This document shows positions 50,472-60,367 of a stretch of DNA of 64,000 nt, in pieces. This DNA is from Lacipirellulaceae bacterium (GTDB lineage: Bacteria > Planctomycetota > Planctomycetia > Pirellulales > Lacipirellulaceae), in assembly GCA_965249435.1 (NCBI GenBank), contig CBDFMC010000024.1:134588-198587 (forward strand), read 5' to 3'. Positions within the stretch are counted from its first letter, which is position 1. Each line of letters opens with the position of its first letter. Made by a program: the position numbers and the translations under genes. A model generated the notes under the pieces. It saw only the letters and a list, made by a program, of their open reading frames with translations, was not told where the DNA came from and did no database searches.

Positions 50472-51254
50472 CTACACCTGCGGGGCGCCAGGTTTTTTCT
50501 CTTGCACCCAAATGTAATAGTCGCGCATGCTCAGTTCGCTGGCCGCGTCGCTATCCAGAAACACGAGCGATGAAGGATGCAACTGCAAGGCGCTGGCGGT
50601 GAACATGCTGGTCACCGGCCCCTCGACCGAGGCCGCGACCGCAGCCGCCTTGTTCGCGCCATTGGCAAGCATGATCGACTTCCGTGATTCGAGGATGGTG
50701 CCGACGCCCATCGTGATCGCATAAATGGGCACGTCTTCCCGATTCTCAAAGAACCGTGCATTGTCATCAATGGTCAGTTTCGCCAAGGTCTTTAGCCGAG
50801 TCCGTGAGGTGAGCGAACTGGTTGGTTCATTGAATGCAATATGGCCATCGGACCCGATGCCCAGGATTTGCAGATCGATTCCACCCGCTTCGACAATCTG
50901 CTGTTCGTACCATTGGCAGAACGCTTTGTAGTTTTGTGTTGTGCCAGAAGGAATGTAGATATTTTGCTCGGGGATATTGATATGCTTGAAGAGATTTTCA
51001 TGCATGAAGTAATGGTAGCTCTGCGGATGATCTCCCTTCAGGCCAACATATTCATCCAGGTTGAACGTGGTAACGTGTGAAAAGTCGAGCCCTTCGTCCT
51101 TGTGCATCCGAATCAGTTCTTTATACAGCCCCAAGGGCGTCGAACCGGTAGCCAAACCCAACACAGCATCGGGTTTGGTATTCATCACATCCGCAACCTC
51201 CCGGGCGGCCGCTCTGCTCATCTCCTCATAAGATGGACTGATAATAACTTCCAT
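50472..51254 (-). CDS. nagB: Glucosamine-6-phosphate deaminase (NagB) family
   Basis: GLATGSTPLGLYKELI...TTFNLDEYVGL. 260 aa. Confidence 0.8.
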   Translation of the reverse strand: MEVIISPSYEEMSRAAAREVADVMNTKPDAVLGLATGSTPLGLYKELIRMHKDEGLDFSHVTTFNLDEYVGLKGDHPQSYHYFMHENLFKHINIPEQNIYIPSGTTQNYKAFCQWYEQQIVEAGGIDLQILGIGSDGHIAFNEPTSSLTSRTRLKTLAKLTIDDNARFFENREDVPIYAITMGVGTILESRKSIMLANGANKAAAVAASVEGPVTSMFTASALQLHPSSLVFLDSDAASELSMRDYYIWVQEKKPGAPQV

Positions 51255-51619
51255 CGTAACAATTTCCCTTTCTCTCTTGTTTGGGGCACGCTTTGACGTG
51301 CGAGTAAAAGCCTAATTTTAGGCTTTTTCTGTGTTAAATGAATACGCTCTTTTTCAATGATCGTTTAATGATCGTGCGTTACCGGAAGATTTTTCCACAG
51401 GGGAAGCTCGTCATCCTACCAAAGTTTCTTAGTATTGGCGAGTAGGCTGGAGCAAGGATCGCCGACAAGGCAGCTCTGGCGTTGTATTTCCAAGGAATCC
51501 GGTAACATGGCGAGCGGTGGGCGGCTAGCGCATAAAAAAACGGCTCCTTGCTAGTGTTGCAAGGAACCGTTGGATTCTCGTGCTGGAGACGAACTCTCCA
51601 TGCGTTATTCTTGGGGCAT

Positions 51620-52105
51620 TCAGCCACCGCAACCACAGCTAGGGGCGCAACCACAGCTGGCTTCACAGCAGCATGCTTTGCGGGCAGCGCGACGGGCACG
51701 CAGTTTGGCAAACAGGCCACAGCGAGGCTTGCAGCAAGGGTCGCAGCAGCAGTCGCTCGCGCAACCACAACTTGGTTCACAGGCGTCGGCGCAACCACAG
51801 CTTGCTTCACAGCAGGCGCTGGCACATCGGCATGCCTTGCGGGCAGCGCGACGGGCACGCATTTTGGCAAACAAGCCACAACGAGGCTTGCAGCAGGGGT
51901 CGCAGCAGCAGTCGCTTGCGCAACCACAGCTTGGCTCACAGGCGTCGGCACAACCACAACTGGGCTCGCAGGCGTCCGCACATCCACAGCTGGGCTCGCA
52001 GCAACTGCGACGGAACAGTCCGCCAAACGCATTCGCGTCCGAGGCACTGCTCAGTGCAATGACGACACTGAGGCCCAGCATCGAAAGAAGTAAGTGACGT
52101 TTCAT
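51620..52105 (-). CDS. Secreted cysteine-rich tandem-repeat protein (metallothionein-like composition)
   Basis: Signal peptide MKRHLLLSMLGLSVVIALSSA, followed by repeats CEPSCGCADA/CASDCCCDPCCKPRCGLFAK[ML]RARRAARKAC. About 25% Cys. Overlapping ORFs in other frames and strands (51379-52047, 51548-52093, 51570-52097) are repeat artefacts. Confidence 0.55.
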   Translation of the reverse strand: MKRHLLLSMLGLSVVIALSSASDANAFGGLFRRSCCEPSCGCADACEPSCGCADACEPSCGCASDCCCDPCCKPRCGLFAKMRARRAARKACRCASACCEASCGCADACEPSCGCASDCCCDPCCKPRCGLFAKLRARRAARKACCCEASCGCAPSCGCGG

Positions 52106-52378
52106 CGGGAAGGCTCCTTGTTAAGGGGAAAACAGAATAGCCATGTTGGCAGGTTAAGCGTCTCGCTCGCACTTTTTTATGTTTGTGCCGATGCGAAGAA
52201 CATACGCAGTTTCTAGCCAGTCGTGGCAAAAGCTCCATTGATCATCATCGCATATCGTCGACCTGTTCCATGCATCTCCACAAGATTCACTAGATTGCCG
52301 ACATGACATATATTTCCTTATCCGAAATTGCAGATTACAACGGTTCTGTCGAATTCGGATTGCGGATTGCGGAATTGT

Positions 52379-52849
52379 TTAGGATTCCGCATTCTGCAAT
52401 CTGCATTCCGTATTCCCGTAAGTTTCCGATCCTCGGCGTTTCGCCAAATCGTTCAGAGAGGCCCACCAACGGTCGATCTTTTTGTAAGCATCTTCTAGCG
52501 TTTCGATCAACGGCTGCAAGTCGTCAATCGGCTTGAACAAACAGGCTTCGGCTCCTGCACGCAGCGTATCGAGTACCGTCGTTACACTGACAAGTCCGGT
52601 CAGCATGATTACCTGAATGCCACTATCGTACTGTTTGATCTCCTTCAAAAGCTCCATGCCGTTTTTGTTCGGCATATCGATGTCTAGCAGTACCAGGCGA
52701 TGTTGGCCTCGTATTATCTCGGTGATACATTCGTAGGGATTATGTACGGAAGTAACACGGTAGCCTCGTTTTTCTAGTCGTTTTGCTACGATCGCCGTGA
52801 TTGCTTGGTCATCGTCAACATGCAGGATAGTCCGTCGATAGCTTGCCAT
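52379..52849 (-). CDS. Single-domain response regulator (CheY-like receiver)
   Basis: ILHVDDDQAIT...LVLLDIDMPNKNGMELLKEIK...IMLTG...KP: the receiver Asp and Lys motifs are present. Confidence 0.8.
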   Translation of the reverse strand: MASYRRTILHVDDDQAITAIVAKRLEKRGYRVTSVHNPYECITEIIRGQHRLVLLDIDMPNKNGMELLKEIKQYDSGIQVIMLTGLVSVTTVLDTLRAGAEACLFKPIDDLQPLIETLEDAYKKIDRWWASLNDLAKRRGSETYGNTECRLQNAES

Positions 52850-53069
52850 GAGTGTCCCTTCACCAATGCGTTCTGCGCGATACTTCACCTAAGAAAGATG
52901 GGTTGCATACTCAAGATAGTCAAAATTTTTCTCCTCGATAAAATTTGCAACGTAGGGTTGAAGGGTAAACTCCACACTGCGAGCTTCTACACTGCGAGTT
53001 CGAGTCCGTTAAAGTGAAAAATCGGTGAGTGGATGGAGTAAATGTTCTGCAAGGCTCTAGGTAAAAACA

Positions 53070-53390
53070 ATGCAATCAGAACAACCGATATATTCCGTCT
53101 ATGGCGATGATCCCGACTTGGGAGAACTGGTCGAGATGTTCGTGGCTGAACTCCCCGACCGGGTCTCGACACTTCAATTGCATGCCCACGACCAAGACTG
53201 GGAGCCGCTTCGCCGCGTATCGCATCAGTTAAAAGGCTCGGGAGGCAGCTACGGGTTTGATGGGATTTCCACCTATGCAGCCCGCCTGGAAGCGGCTTGC
53301 ATGCAAGAATCCGCGGAACAACAAATTCTGACAACGCTCGAAGAACTTGTCGGTCTGTGCAGCCGAGTACGCGCTGGCAGTGGTGGCTAG
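53070..53390 (+). CDS. Hpt (histidine phosphotransfer) domain protein
   Basis: HQLKGSGGSYGF matches the Hpt H.lKG....G consensus. 106 aa. Confidence 0.7.
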   Translation: MQSEQPIYSVYGDDPDLGELVEMFVAELPDRVSTLQLHAHDQDWEPLRRVSHQLKGSGGSYGFDGISTYAARLEAACMQESAEQQILTTLEELVGLCSRVRAGSGG

Positions 53391-53497
53391 TGCTTTGTCA
53401 CAGCTTGATTTAGTGTGAGCCGCCGGCGCTAGCCGCGGGCCGAGGGGGGGACGGCATTCCTCCGTCGCCCGACGCTAGCGCGTTCGGCTCAGGGCTT
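53391..53497. repeat. Palindromic MITE-like element (same family as 10800-10895)
   Basis: GCTTTGTCACAGCTTGATTTAGT GTGAGCCGCCGGCGCTAGCC GCGGGCC...CGCCCGAC GCTAGCGCGTTCGGCTCAGG GCTTTCACATGCC. Confidence 0.75.
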
Positions 53498-53514
53498 TCA
53501 CATGCCTTTGCCGC

Positions 53515-54900
53515 CTACGGCAACGCAGCCATTCGCAGGGCTGCCAGATAAGGCACCGGTTCGCTACCTAGCGCATTGAGCACCGTGCCGCCGGCGGTAA
53601 AGACATGGGTAACCCAGTCAGCCTGCCCATACTTTTCCAGTGCTTTGCCCCCTTCGCCACCGCCAACGTAGACTTCTACACCCGAGTTCTTCATTCGTTT
53701 TAGCTGAGGAATAAACTGGCGCGTGCCCGATTCAAATCGTGGGTCTTCAAACATGCCAAACACACCGTTGTGAAAGGCGACGGCACCCGCGGGATGACTG
53801 GCAAGAAACTCACCGACCTTTTCCTCGAATAGCTTACTTGTCTTGGGGCCAATATCAAACTGCTGATCGGTTGGCTGCAACTGGTCTACAGCCGACCCAT
53901 CTTCGATCACCGAATCGATGGGAATCACAAATTCAATCCCCTTCTGCCGGCCATCACAAATCATTTGCTTGGCCTGTTCGATCCGATCGTGCGGGATGAA
54001 ATAGGGCTTACTGGCGTGCTCGGGATCTTCGGCTGCTCCAAGACAACATTCCTGGCCATCGAGTTGGGCAACCCCTTTTTTCAACGCCATGGCAAGCGAC
54101 CCGGCCGCGAAAACCGTGCGGATGGTTCCTCGGCCAATCATTGCCTCCAAATCATCGAGTTTGTCGATCTTCAGTCCGCTGAAAATTACCAACTTGGTTT
54201 CCAGGCAACGTCGCATCGGCCCGTCAAATTCGCTGGCCACGTAGGTGCCCAGCGCGACTCGCGGCATGGCTGCTGGCACGACCGTGCTCGATGCATCCAT
54301 GCTGCCGGCCGAAAGTGCTTCGTTCACGTAGACCGACGCTACCTTTTCTGCAAATTCATTGGCCAGCTTGGTCAGCGGCTTACTAAGCTTTGCGGCATCC
54401 TCGGGCCGTGCCTTCCACAACATGCGTTCCACGGCATAACGACGTGTGTTTTCCAGCATCAATACTGAGCCAGGTTCTGCTCCCGCAATCTGCTCGCAAA
54501 CCGTATTGGGGATCGTTACGGTTTGTTCATCCAACCAATCGGTGATTAGTGGAACTTCGCACTGGAGCAACTCGCCCAATCGGGCAGCCACTTTGACGAG
54601 CGAACCTTCTGGCTTACGGCCGATGTGGCCGAAGAGGATCATTTTCCAACCCCGCTGCCGGCCAAATTCCAAGGTCTCGGTCATCGAACGCAACCGGATG
54701 TCTCCCTGGCCAATGGAATCGCCCGGCTTGGCATCGACATCGCCTCGAATTAACACCGGCGTGCCTGCGGGAAGATCATCCAGCGAATCCAGGCGAGGGA
54801 TCGCTTCGAGATAATCGGCCAACTCAAGCTCTGGTAACGCGGCATGGCCAGCAAGCAGGTTGGCAATCCACTGCTGCATTTGTTCGGTGGTTAGAGTCAT
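53515..54900 (-). CDS. pgk: Phosphoglycerate kinase (with an N-terminal extension of about 50 aa)
   Basis: VLIRGDVDAKP...ILFGHIGRKPEG (N-domain) and YVGGGEGG...FTAGGTVL (C-domain Gly-rich motifs). Confidence 0.75.
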   Translation of the reverse strand: MTLTTEQMQQWIANLLAGHAALPELELADYLEAIPRLDSLDDLPAGTPVLIRGDVDAKPGDSIGQGDIRLRSMTETLEFGRQRGWKMILFGHIGRKPEGSLVKVAARLGELLQCEVPLITDWLDEQTVTIPNTVCEQIAGAEPGSVLMLENTRRYAVERMLWKARPEDAAKLSKPLTKLANEFAEKVASVYVNEALSAGSMDASSTVVPAAMPRVALGTYVASEFDGPMRRCLETKLVIFSGLKIDKLDDLEAMIGRGTIRTVFAAGSLAMALKKGVAQLDGQECCLGAAEDPEHASKPYFIPHDRIEQAKQMICDGRQKGIEFVIPIDSVIEDGSAVDQLQPTDQQFDIGPKTSKLFEEKVGEFLASHPAGAVAFHNGVFGMFEDPRFESGTRQFIPQLKRMKNSGVEVYVGGGEGGKALEKYGQADWVTHVFTAGGTVLNALGSEPVPYLAALRMAALP

Positions 54901-55114
54901 TTCGATTGATCCTTGATTGGCCGACCTCAGTCCCCCGTTAGGTTACTCAAATTTAGACCTCTTCGCCAGAACCGTGAGTAGATATCAGCTTTTTGTAGGC
55001 CGGAACGAGCGGTAGCGCTGTTCCGGCACTCCTATACCTGCAGACTTGGACTATGCCGGAACTCGCGTAGCTCGTTCCGGCCTACGGATGTACTTTTTCA
55101 ACGGGCTGCTGGGC

Positions 55115-55435
55115 CTACGGCTGGATGCAATCGTTGGTGACGAGCCGTGCCGAGTTGGGGTAGTCGGGCGGGACGCCGGGGGCGGTGCCGGGGTCGCCCT
55201 TTTCGATTCGGGCGGCGACGGCGAGGTTCAGGTCGAGAAGTTGCTTGAGCAAATCTTTGCGCGGGGAGAAACCGTACGCCTTCATCACGGCCGCGTCGAG
55301 TGCGGCGTGGGCATCCTTGAGCGGGTTCTTTCCGGGCAGTTCGAGCGTCCGATAGACGGCCCGCAGGCCACCTTTGATTTCGTCCATTTCAGAAAACGCT
55401 ACGCAAAATGAAATTGGACTTCTTCTCTCCACCAA
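55115..55435 (-). pseudogene. C-terminal fragment of an MmeI-family type IIL restriction-modification enzyme
   Basis: LKDAHAALDAAVMKAYGFSPRKDLLKQLLDLNLAVAARIE resembles the conserved C-terminal tail of MmeI-like enzymes (LLKAHQKLDKAVDSVYGF...). It is in a different frame from the ORF that ends at 55446. Confidence 0.5.
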
Positions 55436-55445
55436 TTTGGCCTAC

Positions 55446-55804
55446 TCACGTTGGCGCTTGGGCATGAACGACGTATTCAAACAACTCTTTCTTCGAATTC
55501 CGTTTCCTGATGACTTCCCAGCCGCAGCTTTCAAATCCTACGTCTTCAAAAAGTGCCACATAGATTTCTTCGACGGGCAAGAGTGTGTCGTAAAATTTTG
55601 AGTTGCCTACGATGTAGAAGCACTGTGCGCCTGGTGCAACAACTTTTCGCAGGCTTTGCAAATGAACCTTGACGTCGTCAAAGTACTTGTGAACGTAGCG
55701 GCCTAGGACATCGCGCTCTGCGGAGATCGCTCGAACAAGAGAATCGAATTTGCGATACGCGATTTGACCATTGGTCGGCTGCCACTTGCTTAGGTTGCTT
55801 GTCG
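55446..55804 (-). pseudogene. 3' portion of the DNA methyltransferase coding sequence, displaced by the IS66 insertion
   Basis: Reading the minus strand from 55804 down continues the frame of the methyltransferase ORF exactly (...GGTWGCATS | NLSKWQRTNGQIAYRKF...) once the IS66 element and its 8 bp duplication are removed. It ends at the stop at 55446. Confidence 0.65.
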
Positions 55805-58543
55805 GTTAGCGCTCTGTGAACTCCGTCATGCCAGGAGCGTAATTCAGATCTTGACAAGCCGACGTCGTGAAGCACGCCTCTGGCGGCGGCGCTGGTTGGC
55901 CTGATCAAGTTCGCGCTGGCGATCTTCGCTGCGATGCTCAGGGTGTGCCTTGAGCCATCGGTCAGGTAGCAGCTCGGAGAGCTGTTCACGCTGGTCCCTT
56001 GAAAGCGATTCGAACGGGGTTTGGGCGTCGCCCACCCGCAAGTACTCGGGAACGATCTGAGGAAGCCGGACGAGAACATCGTTGAGATACGGGGTGACGT
56101 GGACATGATTAGAACGAGCACTCTGGATAAGCGTGTACCAGACGCATGCCGCGCGACCACCCGCATCGCTCCCAAAAAATTGGTAATTTTTTCTTCCAAT
56201 AACCGAGGGGCGAATGACTCTTTCTGCCATGTTGTTATCGATCGCATAGCGCCCGTCGGTTGCAAATCGCGTCATCGCGTTCCAACGATTGAGCAGGTAG
56301 CCGATCGCTTCGGCCAACTTGGTCGAAGGCCGTACCGTCGGCTGCACTTCGGTGAGACGATCGTGCAGAAGGGCAAGAATGGGAACCGACTCGCGCATGC
56401 GCACTTGTCGTCGCGTTTCCACATCGGTATCGGCCAGGCGATCCTCGATGTCGTACAGTTGCCAGATCCAAGCGAGCGCCTCGTGCGCAAGTGGCTGCGT
56501 TGAGACGGCGCACGCTTCGTCGAACTTCCGCCGCGCATGGGCCCAACAACCCAGATCCAGAAGTCGGCCATCCGATTCCTTGACTAGGGACGTGTAGACA
56601 CTGTAACCGTCGGTTAATAATCCGCCTTGAAAATCATCAAGTATTTCCCGCGGACCTGCGCGGGATCGATCAAGTCGATAGTCAAATAGTTGGTACGGAT
56701 GCTGGTCATCGCCAACGTAGACCCAGAGATAAACCAGCTTGGTCGCCCCAGCCCCGGGACGCAGGACACGGGCCGTGGTCTCGTCGGCCCGTACATAAAA
56801 ACTATCCAGTACTTGGGTGCGAATCAGATCCCACACCGGCAGCAGACGCTCGCCCGTTCGCACCACGGCGTTGCTCAACACGCTGCGGTTGAACCACATC
56901 GTGGTGGTGGAACGAAGCTCTTCCTGGAGACGATACAGGGGCAGGTGACGCTCGAACTTGGCGTGTGCCAGCCAGGCTAACGTGCTGGCCCCAAATATCC
57001 CTTTTTCGTTGATATTGGGTGGCTTTTCGCTGGTGACGATCTGCTGGCCATCCCGGCTAACAGGGCAACCGTAGGTAAACCGAACGTGCTCGGCGATGTA
57101 GGCGCTAGACTCAACATATTCTAGTTGCCGTGAGATCTGCTCGGAGATCACCGTCCGCTTGCCGCCACATCCACAAGGACAATCGAGTTCTTCCGGCGGC
57201 AGTGGGTGTTCAAAACGCTGGACCGGCAAGCACTCGGGGAATTCAAAACGTTTGCGCTTCTTACGGCGTTTCTTGCGTTTCGAAGACGATTCATCGTCTG
57301 GCTCTTCTTCGTCGGTCGCCTCGTCATCCTCGCTAATCTCGTTGCCCTCGATCGACTCGGGATCAAAAAGAAGCTTTTGATCGGGAGAAGGGATAAACCG
57401 TTCACGCCGTGGAGAAAAGAGTGCCTTACGGAGTAAGGTGATTTGCTCTTGCATCACCTCGATGTGATTCTGCAACGATTCAAGAGTTGCCTGTTGCTCG
57501 CTATTAACCCTTTTGAGATGTGCGATCTCGGCGCGCTGCACTTCGATCTCTTTTCGGAGTTTGTCGGATTCCATCGACAACGTTTCGGTCCTTGAAGGTG
57601 CGTCACGAAATGGCAAATGATCACACACCGTTGGTGTAGAACACACATGTTTATTTATCGACAATTCACGTTGCGCGTCAAGGTGGTTTCCAAGGCGATT
57701 GAGTAATTTGTTTTGCCTGCTCACGACGCCACCACTTGCGACGTTTGACACTCGATAGCTCGATGCCTTCCAGCAACAATCGCAGGTCGTCCACATGCAG
57801 TGTCAAGTAATCACCGGGGGATGCAATCGCCCCTCCATGGTCGGCGCCACGTAGTGTCTCGGACGTTCCTCGTTCAAGATGCTTGTAGAGGATGATCGTG
57901 CCGTCACCCGTGAAATAGAGTACCTTCAACCGGTTGCGGCGTCGGTTGAAAAACAAGAAAAGATCTCCGTCTTCAATCTGTTTGCCAAGCTCCTTTTCGA
58001 CGATACCGATTAATCCACAAAAACTTTTACGCATGTCCGTGGGAGCCAACGCGGCGAAGACTTTTATTTGGGATGGCACAATCAACATGACGCCACCTCA
58101 CGCAACGCCTGCAATACGTCCTTCACTGTCTCACAATCGGTGCCGTGAGGCACATCCACAAAGACTCCCTGCTGCGGCAAGTGAATACGCAGCGTGGACG
58201 CAGGTGTCGTCCCCTCGATCCGCACAGGCACCAGTTGGGTGCCCTGGACGGCGTTACGACTGGTTTTAAGAGACTTGGTCGAACGGCTCCCCTGCTCTGG
58301 GGAGGCTTGCTGCTCACGGAACTTACGCTGCCAGGCATAATAGCTGGTTTGTGTAATCGAGTTCTGGTGGCAAAACGCCGCGATGCTCAAGCCGCTTGAG
58401 GACTGCTGTTTCAGTAGGCCACGCCAGTGGGACTCTTGGGATTTGTTTCGATTGGTCATTGTGCTCGTTCCTGGAATAAAGGGAATGGTTCACCTCTATT
58501 AGGATAGCGCGCAATTTTGGGACGCTGTTCACAGAACGCTTAC
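55805..58543 (-). mobile_element. IS66-family insertion sequence (about 2.74 kb) with an 8 bp target site duplication GCTTGTCG
   Basis: Terminal inverted repeats GTTAGCGCTCTGTGAAC (55806-55822) and GTTCACAGAACGCTTAC (58527-58543). The direct repeat GCTTGTCG lies at 55797-55804 and 58544-58551. It carries three ORFs: tnpC 55844-57796 (650 aa, CPCGCGG zinc-finger plus DDE), tnpB 57678-58088 (136 aa, IS66 Orf2-like), and tnpA 58082-58459 (125 aa, IS66 Orf1-like). Confidence 0.85.
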
Positions 58544-59491
58544 GCTTGTCGCGCAGCCCCAAGTCCCACCAATTGCCTGCCAGTCCATTTCGCCCGCCTG
58601 TCGTCCATCGGAGAGAAAACCCAACCAGTACATATAGGGTCGCAGTTCACGGATGTAGCTCATTCGGTTGGGGTAGGGCGGGGAAGTGATGACCTTCGTA
58701 TACTTGTGATCTTTCGGAAGCGACCTGTCAAGATTGCGAGAATCACCCAGGAACACTTTGCCATCCACATTTGGAGCATCGGCCACGACACTTGCCGCGA
58801 TTTCATCGACGGCCTCGTGGAATTGACGGAAAACGTCATTCTTGCGATCTCTGGCTTTTTCCGCGTCGAATAATAACCGCTGCTTGCTCGGCGGCTTCGA
58901 CTTTTTGAACGACATAGATTGATGACCAAAGCTGGCGTTCGATGTCGCAATCATCACCTTGCAAAACGCGACTTGTAGTAAATCTCGAATGTCATCGCTC
59001 GCCGTCGATTTCCGGATGCCATCAAATAAGTGTGACAAGGCCGATAGAGTTTCCTGATCCCACCATTTTTCTATCTGGTGCAGGTTGGGAGTCCACGTCG
59101 CATCCCAATTCCGCCGCCGCCGCAGATTGCCGAGAATTCGTCGTGCTTCTTCTTGGAACTGGATGTCGAATCCGTCAGAAAAGCGAGTGAGTTTCAAGTT
59201 TCCCAACCAGACCAGAAATGGGTTGATATCGACCGAGTGCGCGGTAACGCCTTGGATGGTGCTTGCCAGCGGTGTGGTTGCGGTACCGGAAAACGGGTCT
59301 AAGGCAAGTTCATCTGGCGCAGCTTGTTGGAGAATTTCGTTCACAACGTGCAGGGAATACGCGGGCGTTAGACGTAGCCAGCCATGCCGCCCTGTCTTGA
59401 CATTGCCCCGAAACGTCAGATGAGCCCGTTGACGTTTGTGTCTGCCGGATTGTTCATCTGCTCGCAGTTGCCCGATCACTGGTTGATTCAT
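58529..59491 (-). CDS. N6/N4 DNA methyltransferase domain; motif X/I then motif IV order (gamma-like). The 3' end is replaced by IS66 sequence.
   Basis: WLRLTPAYSLHVVNEIL...LDPFSGTATT (motif X and motif I) and VITSPPYPN (motif IV). The last 4 codons and the stop come from the IS66 terminal repeat. This may be the methyltransferase domain of the MmeI-like gene. Confidence 0.7.
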   Translation of the reverse strand: MNQPVIGQLRADEQSGRHKRQRAHLTFRGNVKTGRHGWLRLTPAYSLHVVNEILQQAAPDELALDPFSGTATTPLASTIQGVTAHSVDINPFLVWLGNLKLTRFSDGFDIQFQEEARRILGNLRRRRNWDATWTPNLHQIEKWWDQETLSALSHLFDGIRKSTASDDIRDLLQVAFCKVMIATSNASFGHQSMSFKKSKPPSKQRLLFDAEKARDRKNDVFRQFHEAVDEIAASVVADAPNVDGKVFLGDSRNLDRSLPKDHKYTKVITSPPYPNRMSYIRELRPYMYWLGFLSDGRQAGEMDWQAIGGTWGCATSVSVL

Positions 59492-60081
59492 TGCAGCAGA
59501 GCCTCCGTGATCGACTCGATTTTCTCTCGGATGCGGTCGGAATTGCGTTCGAAGAATCCCGCCAAGTCGTAACCCAATACTTCACGGCTGAAAGCGTAAG
59601 TGGACACCAGCGACGATCCCTTGAGCATTCCCGTCAACATGACCCATTGAGCGCGCGTGTACCGTTCGGCGATGTCGTCGTCGATCTGACTCGACAGTAG
59701 CACAATGACAGGAAGGTACGAGTTGGCGTAAGCGTTCGCCGCGTTACCGATGTCAGCGTTTTGCCGTTTTGCATCTTTGCTTTTGTAGCCTTGTCGAATC
59801 TCAAAGACCGAACCCTGTAACGAGTGGATGACTGGCTTCGCCACGTGGACCGAAGCAGCGGCATCATGGAGCCACTGTCGAACGTGATCGGCCTTCTTCG
59901 CGTTGGAGATGTCGCCGAGCGAAATCCGTCCATCCAGGGAGAGCGTTCGCTGCCGTCCACTGGGAGCAGGCACCATGTAAGACCATTTCGCCTGCTCGTC
60001 ATTCAAGCCAAGCGTGTCTTGCAGAATCTGACGAAACAGCCTTTCGCATGAGATGCCGATCTGGCGATAAATTGACGTCAT
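59488..60081 (-). CDS. Hypothetical protein. Either the helical-linker part of a frameshifted MmeI-like gene or a separate restriction-endonuclease candidate.
   Basis: 197 aa ORF that overlaps the methyltransferase start by 4 bp. No recognised motif. Its frame differs from both neighbouring fragments. Confidence 0.35.
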   Translation of the reverse strand: MTSIYRQIGISCERLFRQILQDTLGLNDEQAKWSYMVPAPSGRQRTLSLDGRISLGDISNAKKADHVRQWLHDAAASVHVAKPVIHSLQGSVFEIRQGYKSKDAKRQNADIGNAANAYANSYLPVIVLLSSQIDDDIAERYTRAQWVMLTGMLKGSSLVSTYAFSREVLGYDLAGFFERNSDRIREKIESITEALLQ

Positions 60082-60319
60082 TTCCTCCGGCCGCTTTGTG
60101 CGCAGCGTAGATCAACGGAGAATCGAGCCCAAACCACGTGTAAAACGGGTCACTCTGATAGAGCGATTGGAATTCATCAAATGTCAGCCCCGCCTTGGCA
60201 CGTTTTCCAAACTTGGGCTTATAGTTACGACAAATCGATAGTGCGTTATCGATGATTGCAAAATATCGATCGTCTTGCTTTGCTTTCTTGGCCATTGATA
60301 ATGGGAATCCATAGTACAT
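59999..60319 (-). pseudogene. Fragment in the same frame as the MmeI-like nuclease domain, separated from it by an in-frame TAG
   Basis: It is in frame with 60368-60961. The only intervening stop is the TAG at 60368-60370. Confidence 0.4.
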
Positions 60320-60367
60320 GCAACTGACGGAGAATCCGTTTCTCCAGGCAGTTTACCATGGAGCACG

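Noticed and set aside
51379-52097. Three additional 160-220 aa ORFs overlapping the Cys-rich gene in other frames and on the other strand
   Set aside because: The locus is repetitive and GC-rich, which keeps all frames open. Only the 51620-52105 minus frame begins with a convincing signal peptide. The others are Q/A/S/P low-complexity.
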